From Psammoneis japonica (Eukaryota), in NCBI GenBank assembly GCA_008632985.1, contig QPGO01000038.1, forward strand, positions 149,939-213,938: a stretch of DNA of 64,000 nucleotides, given 5' to 3'. Shown here in pieces: positions 21,701 through 35,100 of the stretch; position 1 is the stretch's first letter, and each line of letters starts with the position of its first letter. The notes under the pieces are model-generated. The model searched no databases. It was not told where the DNA came from and worked only from the letters and a program-made list of their open reading frames with translations. Position numbers and translations under genes: made by a program.

Positions 21701-24700
21701 GATGTGCGCGGCATGCACAAAAGACGTGAGCAACACATGTGCAAGGTGTGCACAGCATGTGTGCCAGACCTGTGTGGGGCATTTGTGTTGTGTGTGTGAG
21801 GCACAGCAGAGATGTGCAGGAGCTGCGCACCTGAAATGTGCATGGTGTGCAAGACATGTGTGTGCAAAACATTGAAAGATGCACGCAAGGTGTGCCAGAT
21901 GTGTTCAATGCATGTGTGTGGGGTGTTTGTGAGATGTGCACAGCATGTGCATGATTTGTTTGTGAGATGTTTTCCTGGTGTGTGTGTGAAATGTGTGCAG
22001 AGCATGTGTGGTCAGTGTGCAAGATGTGTGCAACATGCACACCAGATGTGTGCAAGGTGTGTGCAAGATGTGTGTGAAGTGGTGTGCGTGAGGTGTTTGC
22101 AAGATGTGCATGAAATGTTTGAAAGGTTCGTGAGAGGCAATTGAAAGATGCGTGCACAAAGTGCATGTGATGTGTTTGCACAATGTGCACAAGGTGTGTG
22201 CAGGACATTTGTGAGATGTGCACACAATGTGTGTGCAAGGTGTTTGACAGATGTTTGTGAGATGTGCGTGGGATGTGTGTGAGATGTGTGCAAAGTGTTT
22301 GTGAGGTGTTTGCAGTGCATGTGCAAGATGTGCACAAATGTTTGAAACATGTGCACAAGATGTGTGTGGGGTGTTTGTGAGATGTGCGTGAGATGTTGGC
22401 CAACATTGTGTGAGGTGTGTGTGTTTGAGATGTGTGCAAAATGTGTGTGTCACATTTGCAAGATGTGTCAAGATGTGCACAAAACATTTGAAAGATGTGT
22501 GCAACATGTGTGCAAGGTGTGTGCGAGATGTTTCAAGCACAGCAGGAGTTTGGTCAACCCAACAAAGATTTTGCTCACTCAGAGATTTGACCCCCACTGT
22601 CTCCATCTGCAAATGTCATTCAGCAGAGATCCATCTCATCCTGTCTTGGGTGCACAGGGCAAGTCATGTGAGAAAAGCTTTTGGAAGGATGATGCGCTCA
22701 ATCCCGCACATTGAGCATGTTTGGAGATCCATTGCGGGCATGTGAAAGAAGTGGAGGACGACAAAGCAACACATGCCCACAGCTGCAAAGAAAGACCAGA
22801 AGATCCAGGAAGAAAGGGCTTCATGCACAAGTGCCGCAGCTGTGTGAGAAGCTGCTCCTGCGGGAGCTGGGCATTTTTGGTGCTGCTTGAACAGAGAAGG
22901 TCAAGCACCCATCTCTCCTCCCAACCTTGGCTCTGCACCCACCCCAGAACGACCTCTGATGATGAGCAAAGGAGGTCAAGGTGCAAGACATGGGGAACCA
23001 CAGTCGGCAGCCCCCCATGTGCTCAGCTTTGTGCCACTCTTTGGCCCTTGGCTGTTGTCTGAGAATGAAAAAAGGCAAAAGACTCTCATGGTGCAAGCAT
23101 GTTGTGCCATCAAATTTTGTTGAGATGCTGATGAGTGCCGGGTTTACACTGGAGAGTGCATCTGCAAATGTGGGGTTGGACAAACTTTGCATGAGAAAGC
23201 TCCTGGAAAGCTGAGCACAAGCACAATGACCACAAAATGTGTCAACAAAGTTTGTGCCACAACTCTTTTGCAGGTGGCTCTTGCTTTGACAAATCACCTC
23301 ACTCGTGCTCCACACACACCAGACACACATTTCACAAACACCTTGCACACATCTGAGGCATTTGAAACATGCAGAAGCTGTGTGGCTGACTTGTGTGGTG
23401 TGTTTGCAAGATGTGTGTGCAAGCAGTTTGCAGGGCACACATGTGCACAATGTTTGAAAGATGCACACGAGGTGCATGTGAGGTGTGCAAGATGTGTGCA
23501 TGTGCCAAGAAGCGCGTGTGTGAGGTGTTTGCGAGATGTTTGCCAGATGTGTGTAAAACGTGTGTCATGTGTTTGCAAGACATGTGGCAAGCTTTGTGCA
23601 AAATGTTTGACAGATGGGTGCAAAACATTTGAAATGTTGCGTGCAAGAAGCACCACAAATGTTGCGAGGTGTTTGCAAATGTGTGTGCAAGGCATTTGTG
23701 AGATGTGCACAATGTGTGTGCAAGGTGATTACAAGATGTGTGCAGTGCATGTGTGTGAGGTGTTTGTGAGACATTTGCCAGATGTGCGCAAAATGTGTGT
23801 GATCTGTTTTTGAGGTGTGCACAAGGCACGCACAAGATGTGCTCATGATGTGTGTGAGATGTTTTTGAGATGTGTGTGAAGTGGGGCATGTGAGGGGTTT
23901 ACAAGATGTGCACAAGATGCGCACAAAAAATTTGAAAGATGTGTGCAAGGTGTGCAAGAGGTTTTTGCAAAATGTGCACAAGGTGTGCGCGTTGGCACTT
24001 GTGAGATGTGTGCAATGTGTGTGTGAGGTGTTTGTGAGCTGTTTGCGAGATGACATGTGAAACACTCAAAAGATGTGTTGATGATGTGCGCAGCACATTT
24101 GTGAGATGCAAGATGTGTGAAAAATGTTTGAAAAATGTGTGTGTGCATGTGTGAGATGTGTGCAAGGTGCTTGTGAGACATGTGCAAGGCATTGGCCAGA
24201 GGTGTGTGTGCAATGTTTGAAAGATGTGCGCAGAACATTTGGGAAACATGCGGGAGCTTTCTGCCAGACATGTGCAAAAAAGTGTTTGTGAGTTGTGCAT
24301 CTGGTGTGCAAGGCACATGTGTGAAGTGCTTTTTCATGAGCCCTGTGCAAAAGAGCTGTGGCACAAACTTCATTGGAGCATTTTGTGGTCATTGTGCTGA
24401 GCTTTCATCTGCTTTCTCATCCAATGCATGCCCAACCACTGATTTGCAGATGCACTCTCCATTGTGAACCCTGGCACTCATTTCCATCTCAACAACATTT
24501 GATGGCATGAACGTGGGTCAGGTGGCCAAAGAATGCTGCGAGCCCAAAGAAAAAGACAGACACCAAAAAACAGATGCCATTTGTGCCTCCATCGGTGCAC
24601 TGAGCACGGCAGGTGGCACATCTCATGGGTGGATGGTGGCTGCATCAAAGTGATACACACAGGGATGAGTTATTATTGTCGTTGCCATCGTCTGTTGCCA

Positions 24701-25070
24701 CAGCAGACATTAGACACATTACTCTGTTAGACACGTCGTAAGGGAGTTGTTGTTGGGGGCCGCGACACGCCGACGGTGCCAGGTGCCGCCCTAAATTCCA
24801 TCTCCCTTGGGCTTGCGTGCTTTCCTGCTTGAGCTCTCGTGCATTCGCATGTCCGTCAGCCGTCGTCTATGTGACTGACTCACTCGCGCACTTCGAACTT
24901 ATCGTTCGTGTGACGATGATGCGTAGTAAGAGAAGAAACAAAGGGCAATCCTGCTGAGTGGTGCGTTGATGGTTGGTGGATGTTATTCTGATACAACTGT
25001 CAAAAGCCAGAACGAAAAGATTGGATTCTGATGCACTTGTACTCGCAACATAAACTTGTTACTCCTCCTG

Positions 25071-26372
25071 ATGATGTCTCCGAGATTTGCTGCTTCGAAA
25101 GCGCGAAAGCTTTCGTGCTTCCTAATGGTTCTGAGTATCACGAGCAGTTCAATAGTGACTGGTTTTCAATCGCCAAGGCCACCGAGAGGGACAATATCCA
25201 TCGATTCTAATCCTACACAAGTAGAAGAAGCGGTTGATCCTGGTAAAAAAGCTCGTGCCATGATTGAGATGGGCAGCATGTCCGCGATTGGCTTGGCCGT
25301 GGTTGGAACGGTCCTTTTTGATTTGGCACTGACCGATGCTTCGTCAGAGACTGTTGTTGAAACCGTTACCCAAAATGTTTTTGATGCGGCCTTTCCGCAG
25401 TCTGCAACAGATGTTGTCGCCTCTACAATTGCCGAGGGTGCGGGAGGTATTATTGGTGCTGCAGCCACCGGCGTTGTAACATTCTTGGTTGATTTTAGAA
25501 TGAAAGTGTTGGGCGTTACTGAGGAGCTTGGCAAAACCAAAAACTACAGCTTATCATATGCGGCAGAAGCACTGGCGAACATTGACTACTTCTTAACAAG
25601 AGCAGCGATCCTTCCTATTCTGCTTAGCGTTGGCATGGCTCCGCTTTCGGCAACAATTGTGAGCACTATCATCGCGGTTGTCCCATACGAGTTTATAAAG
25701 TACCAGGCGAGATATAAATTGTTCCGTCAGAGAGAAGAAGAAATGCTCAACAAGCTGCTTTTAGAACAGAGGAGCAAGGAAGACAGTGACGACCTTGCTC
25801 CTTTAACTTCCGGCGCATTGGACAGTACTATCGTTCCAGATGATCAGAGCTTGAAGCAAGTACTGACGGGACCAACAATTGACATCCCAGAGATTACTAC
25901 TGATATTATCAAGTGGCTCGAGTACAATGTGTTAAAGACGGAGTACAGCGGACAGCTCGATATTATGGGAATGCCTCTGAATCGTGGTTTGGAAAATGCC
26001 ATGTTTGGCTTTCTGGCCGCCTTGTCCTCACAGCTCTACCTGGACGCGTTGTATCAGAATACAAACCTCGGTCCTGAGCGTCAATCAGAGGAAGCACGGA
26101 ATCGTACACTCTTGGACTACTTGGCTGTGTATTCCACTAGATGCTTCAGCACGGCCGCGCTCTTTGGGGTCTACGACGCGGCAAAACAGCCAATAGGAAA
26201 CATTATGAATGAGTTTATGAGCGGAGCATTTATTGGTTGTCTTGGGAGCACTGAGTATCGGGCTTGCGTGGACAACTACTATTTCTGGAGTAGTCCACTG
26301 GATGAGCTGTTCCCAGATGTCGACATGGACGGGGTAATGACTGCACTTTCAAGTATGGCGATCAGCCTCTAG
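25071..26372 (+). CDS. Membrane protein with N-terminal targeting peptide; divergent mitochondrial-carrier-like features
   Basis: Single open frame of ~433 aa from the ATG at 25071; several hydrophobic helices; PYEFIK fits Px[DE]xx[KR]; IKWLEYNVLK and ALFGVYDAAK resemble carrier even-helix motifs. Family assignment is tentative. Confidence 0.7.
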   Translation: MMSPRFAASKARKLSCFLMVLSITSSSIVTGFQSPRPPRGTISIDSNPTQVEEAVDPGKKARAMIEMGSMSAIGLAVVGTVLFDLALTDASSETVVETVTQNVFDAAFPQSATDVVASTIAEGAGGIIGAAATGVVTFLVDFRMKVLGVTEELGKTKNYSLSYAAEALANIDYFLTRAAILPILLSVGMAPLSATIVSTIIAVVPYEFIKYQARYKLFRQREEEMLNKLLLEQRSKEDSDDLAPLTSGALDSTIVPDDQSLKQVLTGPTIDIPEITTDIIKWLEYNVLKTEYSGQLDIMGMPLNRGLENAMFGFLAALSSQLYLDALYQNTNLGPERQSEEARNRTLLDYLAVYSTRCFSTAALFGVYDAAKQPIGNIMNEFMSGAFIGCLGSTEYRACVDNYYFWSSPLDELFPDVDMDGVMTALSSMAISL

Positions 26373-26619
26373 TGCGAGACTATCGCCACGGTCGAGTTGG
26401 TACGTTGAACGGTTCGTGCATACTAGCACCGGCGTCCTTGGAGTGAATTCCTTATCTCTCTCCGTCTGTGTTCTAGGACGTGTAGTCGGGGCTGCGAAAA
26501 ATCTTGCTTTGAAAAATGGTACGTCTAGTGATGAAAAAGATTGCATTTGTCGTTTGGGTTGCATATCTAATAACTCTATTATATCATCCAAGCACTAACG
26601 GAACTCGATCTGTGCAAAA

Positions 26620-27350
26620 AAGTATCTAACCTTCGTTGCTCCCGCGCTGTGCTTCAAGGATGAGTAGGTGAGGATAAATCAGGATTCGCGCAACGTTGAA
26701 TGGACACTATTGAGAAGAGAACATGGTCCTGATTCGGCCACCAAAGCGGTGCCAAAGTTGTGGGAAGATGCGCAAACTAAGGGTCCGAGAATGGGCGGCA
26801 CCAATGGCTTCACCCACCTTCCTTCAAGTAAACCACAGATGTTTTTTTCGATCGAACTGGTCCATCCTGTTGTTTGTTGACGTCTGAATGGAATATCTAT
26901 TCGTGTTGCATCCTTTTCGTGTTCACGTGTGTTCGCAGCTGTGCAAAGTCTTGTTTCGAGTACTTCGTTCTCTACCTCAATGATTGTAGTATCGTAAGCA
27001 CCAACACAACTCGATATGTGCAGCAAGAGGTTCGTCGCTCATTGCACCCGCTCTGTGTTTCAAGGATGAGTATGTAAGAAAAGTATCTGGAATCACGAAA
27101 CGTCGAATATCAATAGCTGGACACTATTGAGGAGTTTTCTACACGACAGAGATTCGCCCCTCAAGTGGCGCCAAAGGTGTCGGAAGAGGGGCAAACTGGC
27201 GGCATTAGTTCGCTTTCTTTCAAGGCATAACTGCAGAGGTGTTGCGGCAGTCGTCGCTATTCTAGAGCAGGTCAATCCTGTTGGTAGGTGACACGGAGTC
27301 TGACTGGAGTAACTACTAGTATTCGATTTGCATCCTTTTCGCTTTCACAA
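26620..27350. repeat. Diverged ~410-bp tandem duplication, intergenic
   Basis: ttcaaggatgagta, tggacactattgag and ttgcatccttttcg each occur twice about 405-420 bp apart. Confidence 0.75.
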
Positions 27351-28049
27351 GCTAACTTACACAATCCGACGACGTAATATATGTGAGAGTACGAAACAAA
27401 CTATTTCTATACCGCTAGACGGTTAACCCCGGTCCTACTAATAATTACTCTAGACGCCACGGAATACGTACCACATTGAAGCCGCTATCCTTTGTGGTCC
27501 GAATCTGTTTTGTCGTTTTCTACAGTGTATTTCTAATTCTCCGCGTCCGACATTTAAAGTAAGGGGTTGGTCCATTGATCTCCACGGGTCTTGAGCAGAT
27601 ACAAACTGAGTCTTTATGTCGTTGAAATCCCAATCATGCCTGGTACACATTTTGTTCCAAAGAACGTAAGTCGCGGGGCGGGAGCCGCTGTTACTTGAAC
27701 CTTAGTATTTCAACAAAGACAGACTGTCGTATCGTTTCAAGTCGGGCGATCGAACCGGTTAAAGGGTGTATTTCTACGATGTGAAGTGAAACCAAAAAGG
27801 AAGGTCAGTAAACAAGTCTCGAATGAAAATGGAAAGGAAACACGAAATTGACTTACATTGGGGGTGCATACGAATGTAACGAAACACAAAGAATGCACCC
27901 CATGGTATTTTGAATTGCACAAGAAACTAGTGCAATGTTGGCGAGTCTTTGATGCGAAAACACGCTTGTTGATACCCGGAATTGAAATCCAGAAATGCCC
28001 CCATGCATTCTCGACTCTTCCACAGGTACAAAACAAGCATCTAATGAGC

Positions 28050-30064
28050 CTAGCGGCGACTCATGATCCTTGCGGATCTACGCATGACTCGCCCAGTATT
28101 AGACGAAACAAAGACACTGCCAGTGGCTTGACGGAGCCTAGGTGAGCGTCTCAATGGGATAGGACGGACTTGTATCTTCTTGTTTCTCGCAACTGCAGGA
28201 ACAACATCCTCCTCCACCACTGGATTGTCGTCAGCAGCCATATCCAGGACGTCCAACGCATCGTCTGGCTCCTCGGCTGCAGCTCCAAGAACGACTTCCT
28301 CTTCGTCGTACGCAGCAATTGCAGGATCGTTCATGGCGTCAGCAGCTGGAATGATTGCATCTCCACCAATTGTGGCATCTTCCATGTCCACTGCAGGATC
28401 ATCCAAGGCTTCAGCCACAGGTTCCTCTACTACAGCAATAGGAACGCCCACCTCCGCATCATCTGGCGCGTCGTCGACAGTCACAGCAGGCTCGTTCAAG
28501 GCTTCCCGAGGCTCTTCAACAATATCAGGAACTACTTCCTCCACAGCGTTTAGATTGTTGTCCGTCGCCTCAGCCGGTTCCATGTCCAAAATATCCGAGG
28601 CATCGTCAGCAATGGTGTTATTGTCCGTAGCCTCAGCGGGTCCAATGGCCGCTGGAGTCCGTACCCAGCCATGCCAGTGATCACACCAAGGATCAGAGTC
28701 CCAGTGATGAATACTTTCTTCTTGACCCGCATCAAATTCAAGCATCGCCACAGCCAACTGCTCATCATTCAACACGGGTATCACACGGGTGTAACGTGCG
28801 CGTCGAAGGACGCGTTTGGCAGACACACGGGTTGGGACTGGAGGAATGTCACCAACGTGAAAGTCTTGAGTCATCATTCGGTTGGGTTTCCATCTTACAT
28901 GCTTTTCTACAGGAACAGCTAGAGCCTCCTCCACCACTGGATTGTCGTCAGCAGCCATATCCAGGACGTCCAACGCATCGTCTGGCTCCTCGGCTGCAGC
29001 TCCAAGAACGACTTCCTCTTCGTCGTACGCAGCAATTGCAGGATCGTTCATGGCGTCAGCAGCTGGAATGATTGCCTCTCCACCAATTGTGGCATCTTCC
29101 ATGTCCACTGCAGGATCATCCAAGGCTTCAGCCACAGGTTCCTCTACTACAGCAATAGGAACGCCCACCTCCGCATCATCTGGCGCGTCGTCGACAGTCA
29201 CAGCAGGCTCGTTCAAGGCTTCCCGAGGCTCTTCAACAATATCAGGAACTACTTCCTCCACAGCATTTAGATTGTTGTCCGTCGCCTCAGCCGGTTCCAT
29301 GTCCAAAATATCCGAGGCATCGTCAGCAATGGTGTTATTGTCCGTAGCCTCAGCGGGTCCAATGGCCGCTGGAGTCCGCACCCAGCCACGCCAGTGATCA
29401 TACCTTGGATCCGTATGATACTCACGAATGTATCGGTCTTGTTTCCGGTCAAACCCAACCAGCGCGGCAGCCAATCTCTGATCATCCAATACGGGTATCG
29501 TACGGGTGTAGCGAGGGATTCGGAGAATTCTTGGAGCAGTCACGCCGGTAGAATGGGAGGAGTGTCACCATCGTAAACGTCTCGAAGCAACATTCGGTCC
29601 GGTCTCCATCTAACCCGACCGCTACCAAATAGTTTGCATTTCAAGAGCAGCAGCCATGGGGATATAAACTGCAAGGGAACACAGATGGCATAATACACGG
29701 TCCATACAACCAATGCAACCGCAAGAAAAGCCGCAACCGCATCGCACGCTCGATCCCAAAGAAGAGTCGACAGGTCGTCAATTTCCATAATTCGGAGGTA
29801 CAAGAAATTGACATGAACAACAATCAACTTCAACAAGCGACACAAGAGTATCACAGCATATAAAGCGAGGAGAGCTGTACAGACTCCTACAATGAAGGAC
29901 GCCAGTTCTTCAATCATGCAGCGGATCCCGTCCATTGCAACGCTCGAGAATATCCAAAGTTCCCAAAGAAAACCGCTGACGATTCGGCCGTGGTTCTGCT
30001 TACCGTGAAATACGCGTAGCAGGAGGTTCATAAAGAGAATGAGTAGTGCAATATATGCAATCAT
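28050..30064 (-). CDS. Hypothetical protein: N-terminal TM helices, then an internally duplicated D/E/A-rich acidic region and a basic C-terminal RRSPRL...RRSARI tail; apparent frameshift at ~29545
   Basis: ORFs 29540..30064 and 28050..29543 overlap. The end of the first (RVRWRPDRMLLRDVYDGDTPP) plus the start of the second (PRILRIPRYTRTIPVL) together match the continuous internal repeat HVRWKPNRMMTQDFHVGDIPP...RVLRRARYTRVIPVL. Confidence 0.7.
28208..29617. repeat. 717-bp in-frame (239-codon) tandem duplication inside the acidic protein gene
   Basis: ~28208-28685 is nearly identical to ~28925-29402 (offset 717); the rest of the unit is clearly more diverged. Confidence 0.92.
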
Positions 30065-32109
30065 AATGGGGGTGATAGTATCAATAAAGATAGATTGGTA
30101 ATAACAGAGTTTGTTTCAATGCAAGCAAAACTTGAAATTGTGTGGTGAGCGTGACGGTCGCTCGTTGTTGCGTCTGGCCCATTCGTGAATGCGTAGAAAC
30201 TGTACCGGAGTAGCCCGTAGAAAAGCAGACAGTCAGTCACGATTTTCAAGTTTTGACGGGATGTTGCGGCACGTTTGCATTCGGTTCCTCGTAGGCTCTA
30301 GTAGGTAGAAACAATCAGAGGCCGAGACTGACATTGGTTTTCATTCGTAATGAATATTATCTACTTATCGCTATTCTGTAATGCTCCGGAACAAGATATC
30401 GTACTTGACGTGGGAGCAACAAGGAACAAGACGCGCCGCGAGGAAAAGCACTGAAAACAACCTTGGAGACGCCACCAATGATGACTCGTATCCACTTTCA
30501 GTCAACCTGGAATCGAGAATTGCCCCCAAGTGCGTACCTAATGGAGCTCCCGTCAGATGATCCACCTCGATCTCGAATGGTAAAAATTACAAGGTGGCGT
30601 AGTAGATCTTCATTGTGATGGCACTCAGCAATTCTCCGATAGAGCCCGTTACAATTGAAACTGCCTCCTCTCACTAGAACTCGCGAGTGAAAAGGGACGT
30701 TGAACAGTTTCGTCAAGATGCAGACTGCCTTGAGTAACAACCTCATGAGCCACAAAGCATAGTACTAGCTGCAGAATTGGTCTTGTGCAATGTCAGACAA
30801 ACATCAAACCTTGCTACGAAGAAATAGCCGCCCATTGCGACAATGCTTTTCGTATTCTAGTAGACTTCCCGACTGAAATCATTTTCTTCGGAGCGGTTGG
30901 AGGTGACATAGATTGTGTGAGCTTCGCACACATTCCAGTTATTGTCATCGTGAGTCCTTTTATCCGAAAATCTTGGAAGCATTCCCATTTGTACCAAGGC
31001 TGGTGCTAGCTGGTAATAGCTAGCAATACGAATCATTTGGAAAGAAGATACCGTCAAAAGACTCGCTCCGAGCGGGTTGAAGAATATAGCTGCCGCTTGC
31101 TTTCTTATGAGAGTTGGCGTCCTCTGTACGGTTCAGCTCTGTGGCTGCATCATGTCAAGGACCTGCACATTCAAAAGACACCCTCGTGGCTACTGTACTA
31201 CGTCAAACATAAAGCAAGCCATTCATAATCAACGCTCATGATTTCATTGCTCGCACTTTTTGCCAGATCAGAAAAGGCTTCAGTCAATCTATCCTGATAA
31301 TAGCGCGTTCACTGGATTCTTTAATCAGAATCGACTCCGCAACTTTCAGCTTTCAGCAATATTATCGCCTTCGACTACCAAACGCAGGTCAACGCCCCCC
31401 GGGACTCTTCTGAGCCGAGTTTGGCTCCCTTGCGGTCCGGAAGCTGACCATTTTCCCTTGAGTTTTGGCCAATGCACGGTAAGTATCTGGGAGGCGGTCG
31501 AAACATGATACTTAGTGAGACTCGGTTGAACTTTCTTCCAAGCTTTGACTGGAGCAGACAATCCGTTTTGATCTTCGGCAGCAAGCTTGACAGATTGATT
31601 CAGATAAAGTGCCAAGCTAGTCGTTTTCACATTATCGTCTTGAAACTTGAAACGAGGAATCAGAGACAAATTTCTTGGGGTCAACGTCTTTGGCAGTTTC
31701 TGTTGGAAACAGCATTTCAGGCGACTTTGTCTTACAGCCGAATTTGTCACTCGAATTTCATTTTGAGAGGAGAACCCACTCGTTGGTAATGAGAGATATA
31801 AGGATATGGACGACGAGTCCGAGAGCAATGATTTTCTTTTCGGTCATGATTCTGCGTTGCATTCGCCGTTTGGAGTTTGAATGAGTTGTTAAAGTGCTGT
31901 TGCCCCTTCTCATGCCTCCATCGTGCAAATCGTCGTTCGACTGAGTAAGAGCACCAGGTCTGAGCTTTCTAGCTCGCGTTACGTCCGTATTGGTTGGAGA
32001 AAACAGTCCTCTCTCTAGTAGCTAGACCTCTGGCGAATTCATGACGAGGCGCGAGATATTGCTCAAGGTTCCGAAAGTTGTATTATCATTTAGTGAAACA
32101 TGAGATCCT

Positions 32110-35100
32110 TCAAACGTCCTCGGGATCGTTGTTGGCAGCCACGGCAGAAGGGGCATGATCCGGATGAGTCCGGCCTTGTTTCTTCGCCGCCGCCATTTCC
32201 TTACTTGCAATCTCGAGGTGAATCTGAGTTTGCGTAGGGTAAAATGTATTTGAGAAGAACTTTCCGGTCACGTCAAAAGCGATCCCGGCCACAGGGACAA
32301 AGATGATAAGCATCCACGTCATTGTTCTGGTATGCAAAACGTGATACGCGACATCGACGAATGAGGAAAACGCCACATTCGTTGAAGTCCTTCCAAGCAG
32401 CTGTGTGGAGAAAGTAGGCGAACCAATGAGATTGATCGGAGAGCAACGTCGCGAAACGCAAAGGAAGATAATAATGACCGTACCGAGTAGATGTAGAGGA
32501 AGAAGAGATAAAAGAACAGAGATAGCCACGTAACACCAATCCATGTATATGCCAGCCTATCGAAGAAACCCTCGTTCTTATTCCTGCACCACCACGCGGG
32601 AAACCGTCCGTGAATGAGTGACCTGGACTCGTACAATACCTGCGCAACAAAATGAAAGAACAACGGAAACACAATGAGATCGAAATAGGCGAAACAATCT
32701 GTCTAGTCTGGGATTTTCGCGTACCTTGTAGGCAAGGAGAATGATAAGATTCGTAAACACGACAGTGCCAACGCTCTTCAGATCGCCGCCCTCTCCATTT
32801 CCTGGAATGTCCTTGTCCTCGTTCGACATGAGACCTTCAAACGCAGACGTCATTCCACCACCGCCGCTTTGAGGTGGCATGCTCAGAAAGTAGAGCGTAC
32901 AAATGTGAATCAGAGTAAGCAGCAACCAACGGAATATCGTGCGCAGTGTAATAAGCTCGTTGTTGCGTCCAGCAGCGTACACCTCAGGATGCTTCCTGAC
33001 GTAATCTTTCTCTAAGCATCGGTCAAATATTCCAAGGATTAGAATCGGAGCTCCGGCAACAAAGTTCAGAGTCGCGATAACCCACTCGTCGAAAAGCGGA
33101 GTGCCACTGAAAAGAGTCCGAGAACTGTACACAATAATGCATCCAGCCATCAAAGCATTCTTATAAAAAGAGAAAAGAACGACGGTGCTCATCCGGAAAA
33201 AGTTCCATCGCCCATGGATAAGGAGTAGCTCTTCGAGATACCGGAATTGGGCAATCGCGAAATCAGACGCATTTACAGCCTGCTTGCCTTCAAGACCAGA
33301 CACTCCCACGCCCACGTGGGCTTCTTGGATCATACCGACATCGTTGGCTCCATCGCCAATGGCCAAGGTAATGGGCTCGGGCGAAACATTATGTCGCACA
33401 AGCTTGACAACGAGGGCCTTCTGCTTCGGACTCACACGACAGGCAATTACGGCATTGCAGCTGCTTGCAACACAAAAGAGTATCTCCTCCAACAGGGGAT
33501 CCCCGAGCAAATGTAATAATGCGGCTCCTTCAATCACAAGAGCTCTTGGTCTGCTAGAATCGGCAAGGCCCTTCTCCTCTGATTTCACACTTTCTCCGCC
33601 TCCGTGGTGCACACCGGATTCTTTCTCTTCCCGTATCGCTATCAGCCTTGCCCTTTTGACGTGCTTGACAAGTCTGCCGTGTCGCACATCGCTGTCGACC
33701 GCAAACATGCGCTCCAGTAAAGTCCGTCTTTTCCTGTCGAAGTCACTAGTTTCATCAGTTTTCTCCGACGGAAAGAAGCTCTGCAGAGAAAGGACGTCCT
33801 CATCGACTAGACTCATTTCCCCGCTTCCCAATTCTTGACTGGTTACACTAGCAAGTGACAAGGTACGCTTATCAGTACCACTTAGTCGGCCGTGTGTCCG
33901 CTGCAAGTCCAGCATTGCTCTCGCCGAAGAGGCACGATTGAACACGCCGGGTAGGTCATCAGAGGCGAGAGACAGCTCATCCACATCCTCATCATCTCCG
34001 ACTTCCGACGCTTACTAGAGCGACGCGCCATCCCCTCAGGAGAATTCAAATAATCCTGAATAATCTTGTCAGCAAGTTCCCGAACAGCTTTTCGGCGAAG
34101 AGTTGGATTCATATCTTCCTTATCCTCAAGCTTCTCCTCCTTAATTTTTTCCAGTCTAGCTGCTTTACTCTCTTTTCCCAAGAAGGGAGAGCAAAACAAC
34201 GTGCAAATCTTGCGTACAGCACGCTTCACTTGTCGCCGCCACAGGCGAAAAGCAAACAGTCGGTCAGCCCAGGAGCGAAGGGCTTGGTTTTGTTGAATCA
34301 CAGACTTTTGGTATTCTTTGAGGCGTCCCATTTTTACAAGACGAATGAATTCCATCGCCATTTGAGTCTTGACATTATCCGCGGGTCCATCCGCAACTTC
34401 TGTGACATGCATCTTTTCAGTGAGCACATGAGTCGAGTAACCAATCTCAATGGCAGTTTCCCTCTTATCGCCAGTGAGAACCCATAATTTGATCCCTGCT
34501 TTCTCAAGTGTAGAGATGGTATCTGGTACGCCCCGTTGTAGCTTGTCCTCAATAGCTGTAGCGCCTACAATATGCAGATCTCGTTCAATTTCAAGAGCAG
34601 CAGCCACGAGCTTTTCGTCGCGATTCTTGATAGACGTGGCTGCGGCCGTGTAAGTTGCCAGCCACTTCTCGCATTCCTCCTCGGAGAGAATCCTCATTCC
34701 AAGTACAAGCGTCCGCAAACCCTCACGCGCAAAATCTCCTAAATGAGACTGAATCCCAAGGATGGTCGACATGAGCCAATCATCCTCAGCATCAGAAGAC
34801 TGGTCAATGGAATGGAAGGACCTGTCTTCCTTGACTGTAGAAGGCCTGTTGGATGTCGGATCTAGAGCTTTTTGAAGGCGGTCAACGGGGGTTTCATCAC
34901 CCGTCATGAGGATAGTTGAAGCTTCCGGGCAGATCTCTGGGTCCAACATAGAGGAATCCGCACCCTTACAGAGAAGCATAGGGATAGATCCAAGCTCTGG
35001 AGGAGATCTCACGACTATAGACATTCTCTTTCGATCAGAATCAAACTTGTTGACGGCGAGGACATTCCATGTTTCGAGACGAGCTTCGCCTGGTTCTCTT

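Larger units (their letters stand above)
1..24509. repeat. Tandem macrosatellite, ~5.2-kb unit (about 3 full units plus partial ends), made of TG-rich degenerate short repeats (e.g. aagatgtgtgc / aaatgtttg) and two complex blocks A and B; interrupted by TE insertions
   Basis: The marker gagctttctgccagacatgtgcaaaa recurs at ~438, ~5704, ~19066 and ~24253. Spacings are ~5266, ~13362 (one unit + 7.7-kb insertion + 0.4-kb MITE) and ~5187. The array runs off the left edge and is truncated inside block A at ~24509. Confidence 0.95.

Noticed and set aside
101..24467. Dozens of long His/Thr/Cys-rich ORFs (up to 682 aa) as metal-binding or zinc-finger proteins
   Set aside because: They occur in several overlapping frames on both strands, their frames are not conserved between repeat units, and they are explained by CA/TG repeats plus loss of TAA/TAG.
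1..24660. Fungal-type RIP, or plain CpG methylation decay, as the sole explanation of the composition
   Set aside because: RIP enriches TpA and depletes CpA/TpG, the reverse of what is seen. CpG decay probably contributes but cannot explain TpA loss or Tyr->Cys/His, and CpG survives better than TpA here.
28170..29397. Ser/Ala/Thr-rich + strand ORFs (28180..28680, 28882..29397) and 33185..33838
   Set aside because: Antisense shadows of the real minus-strand coding sequences.
30250..32000. Short ORFs, e.g. 31346..31828 (160 aa)
   Set aside because: No recognisable motifs or splice structure; treated as intergenic or unresolved.
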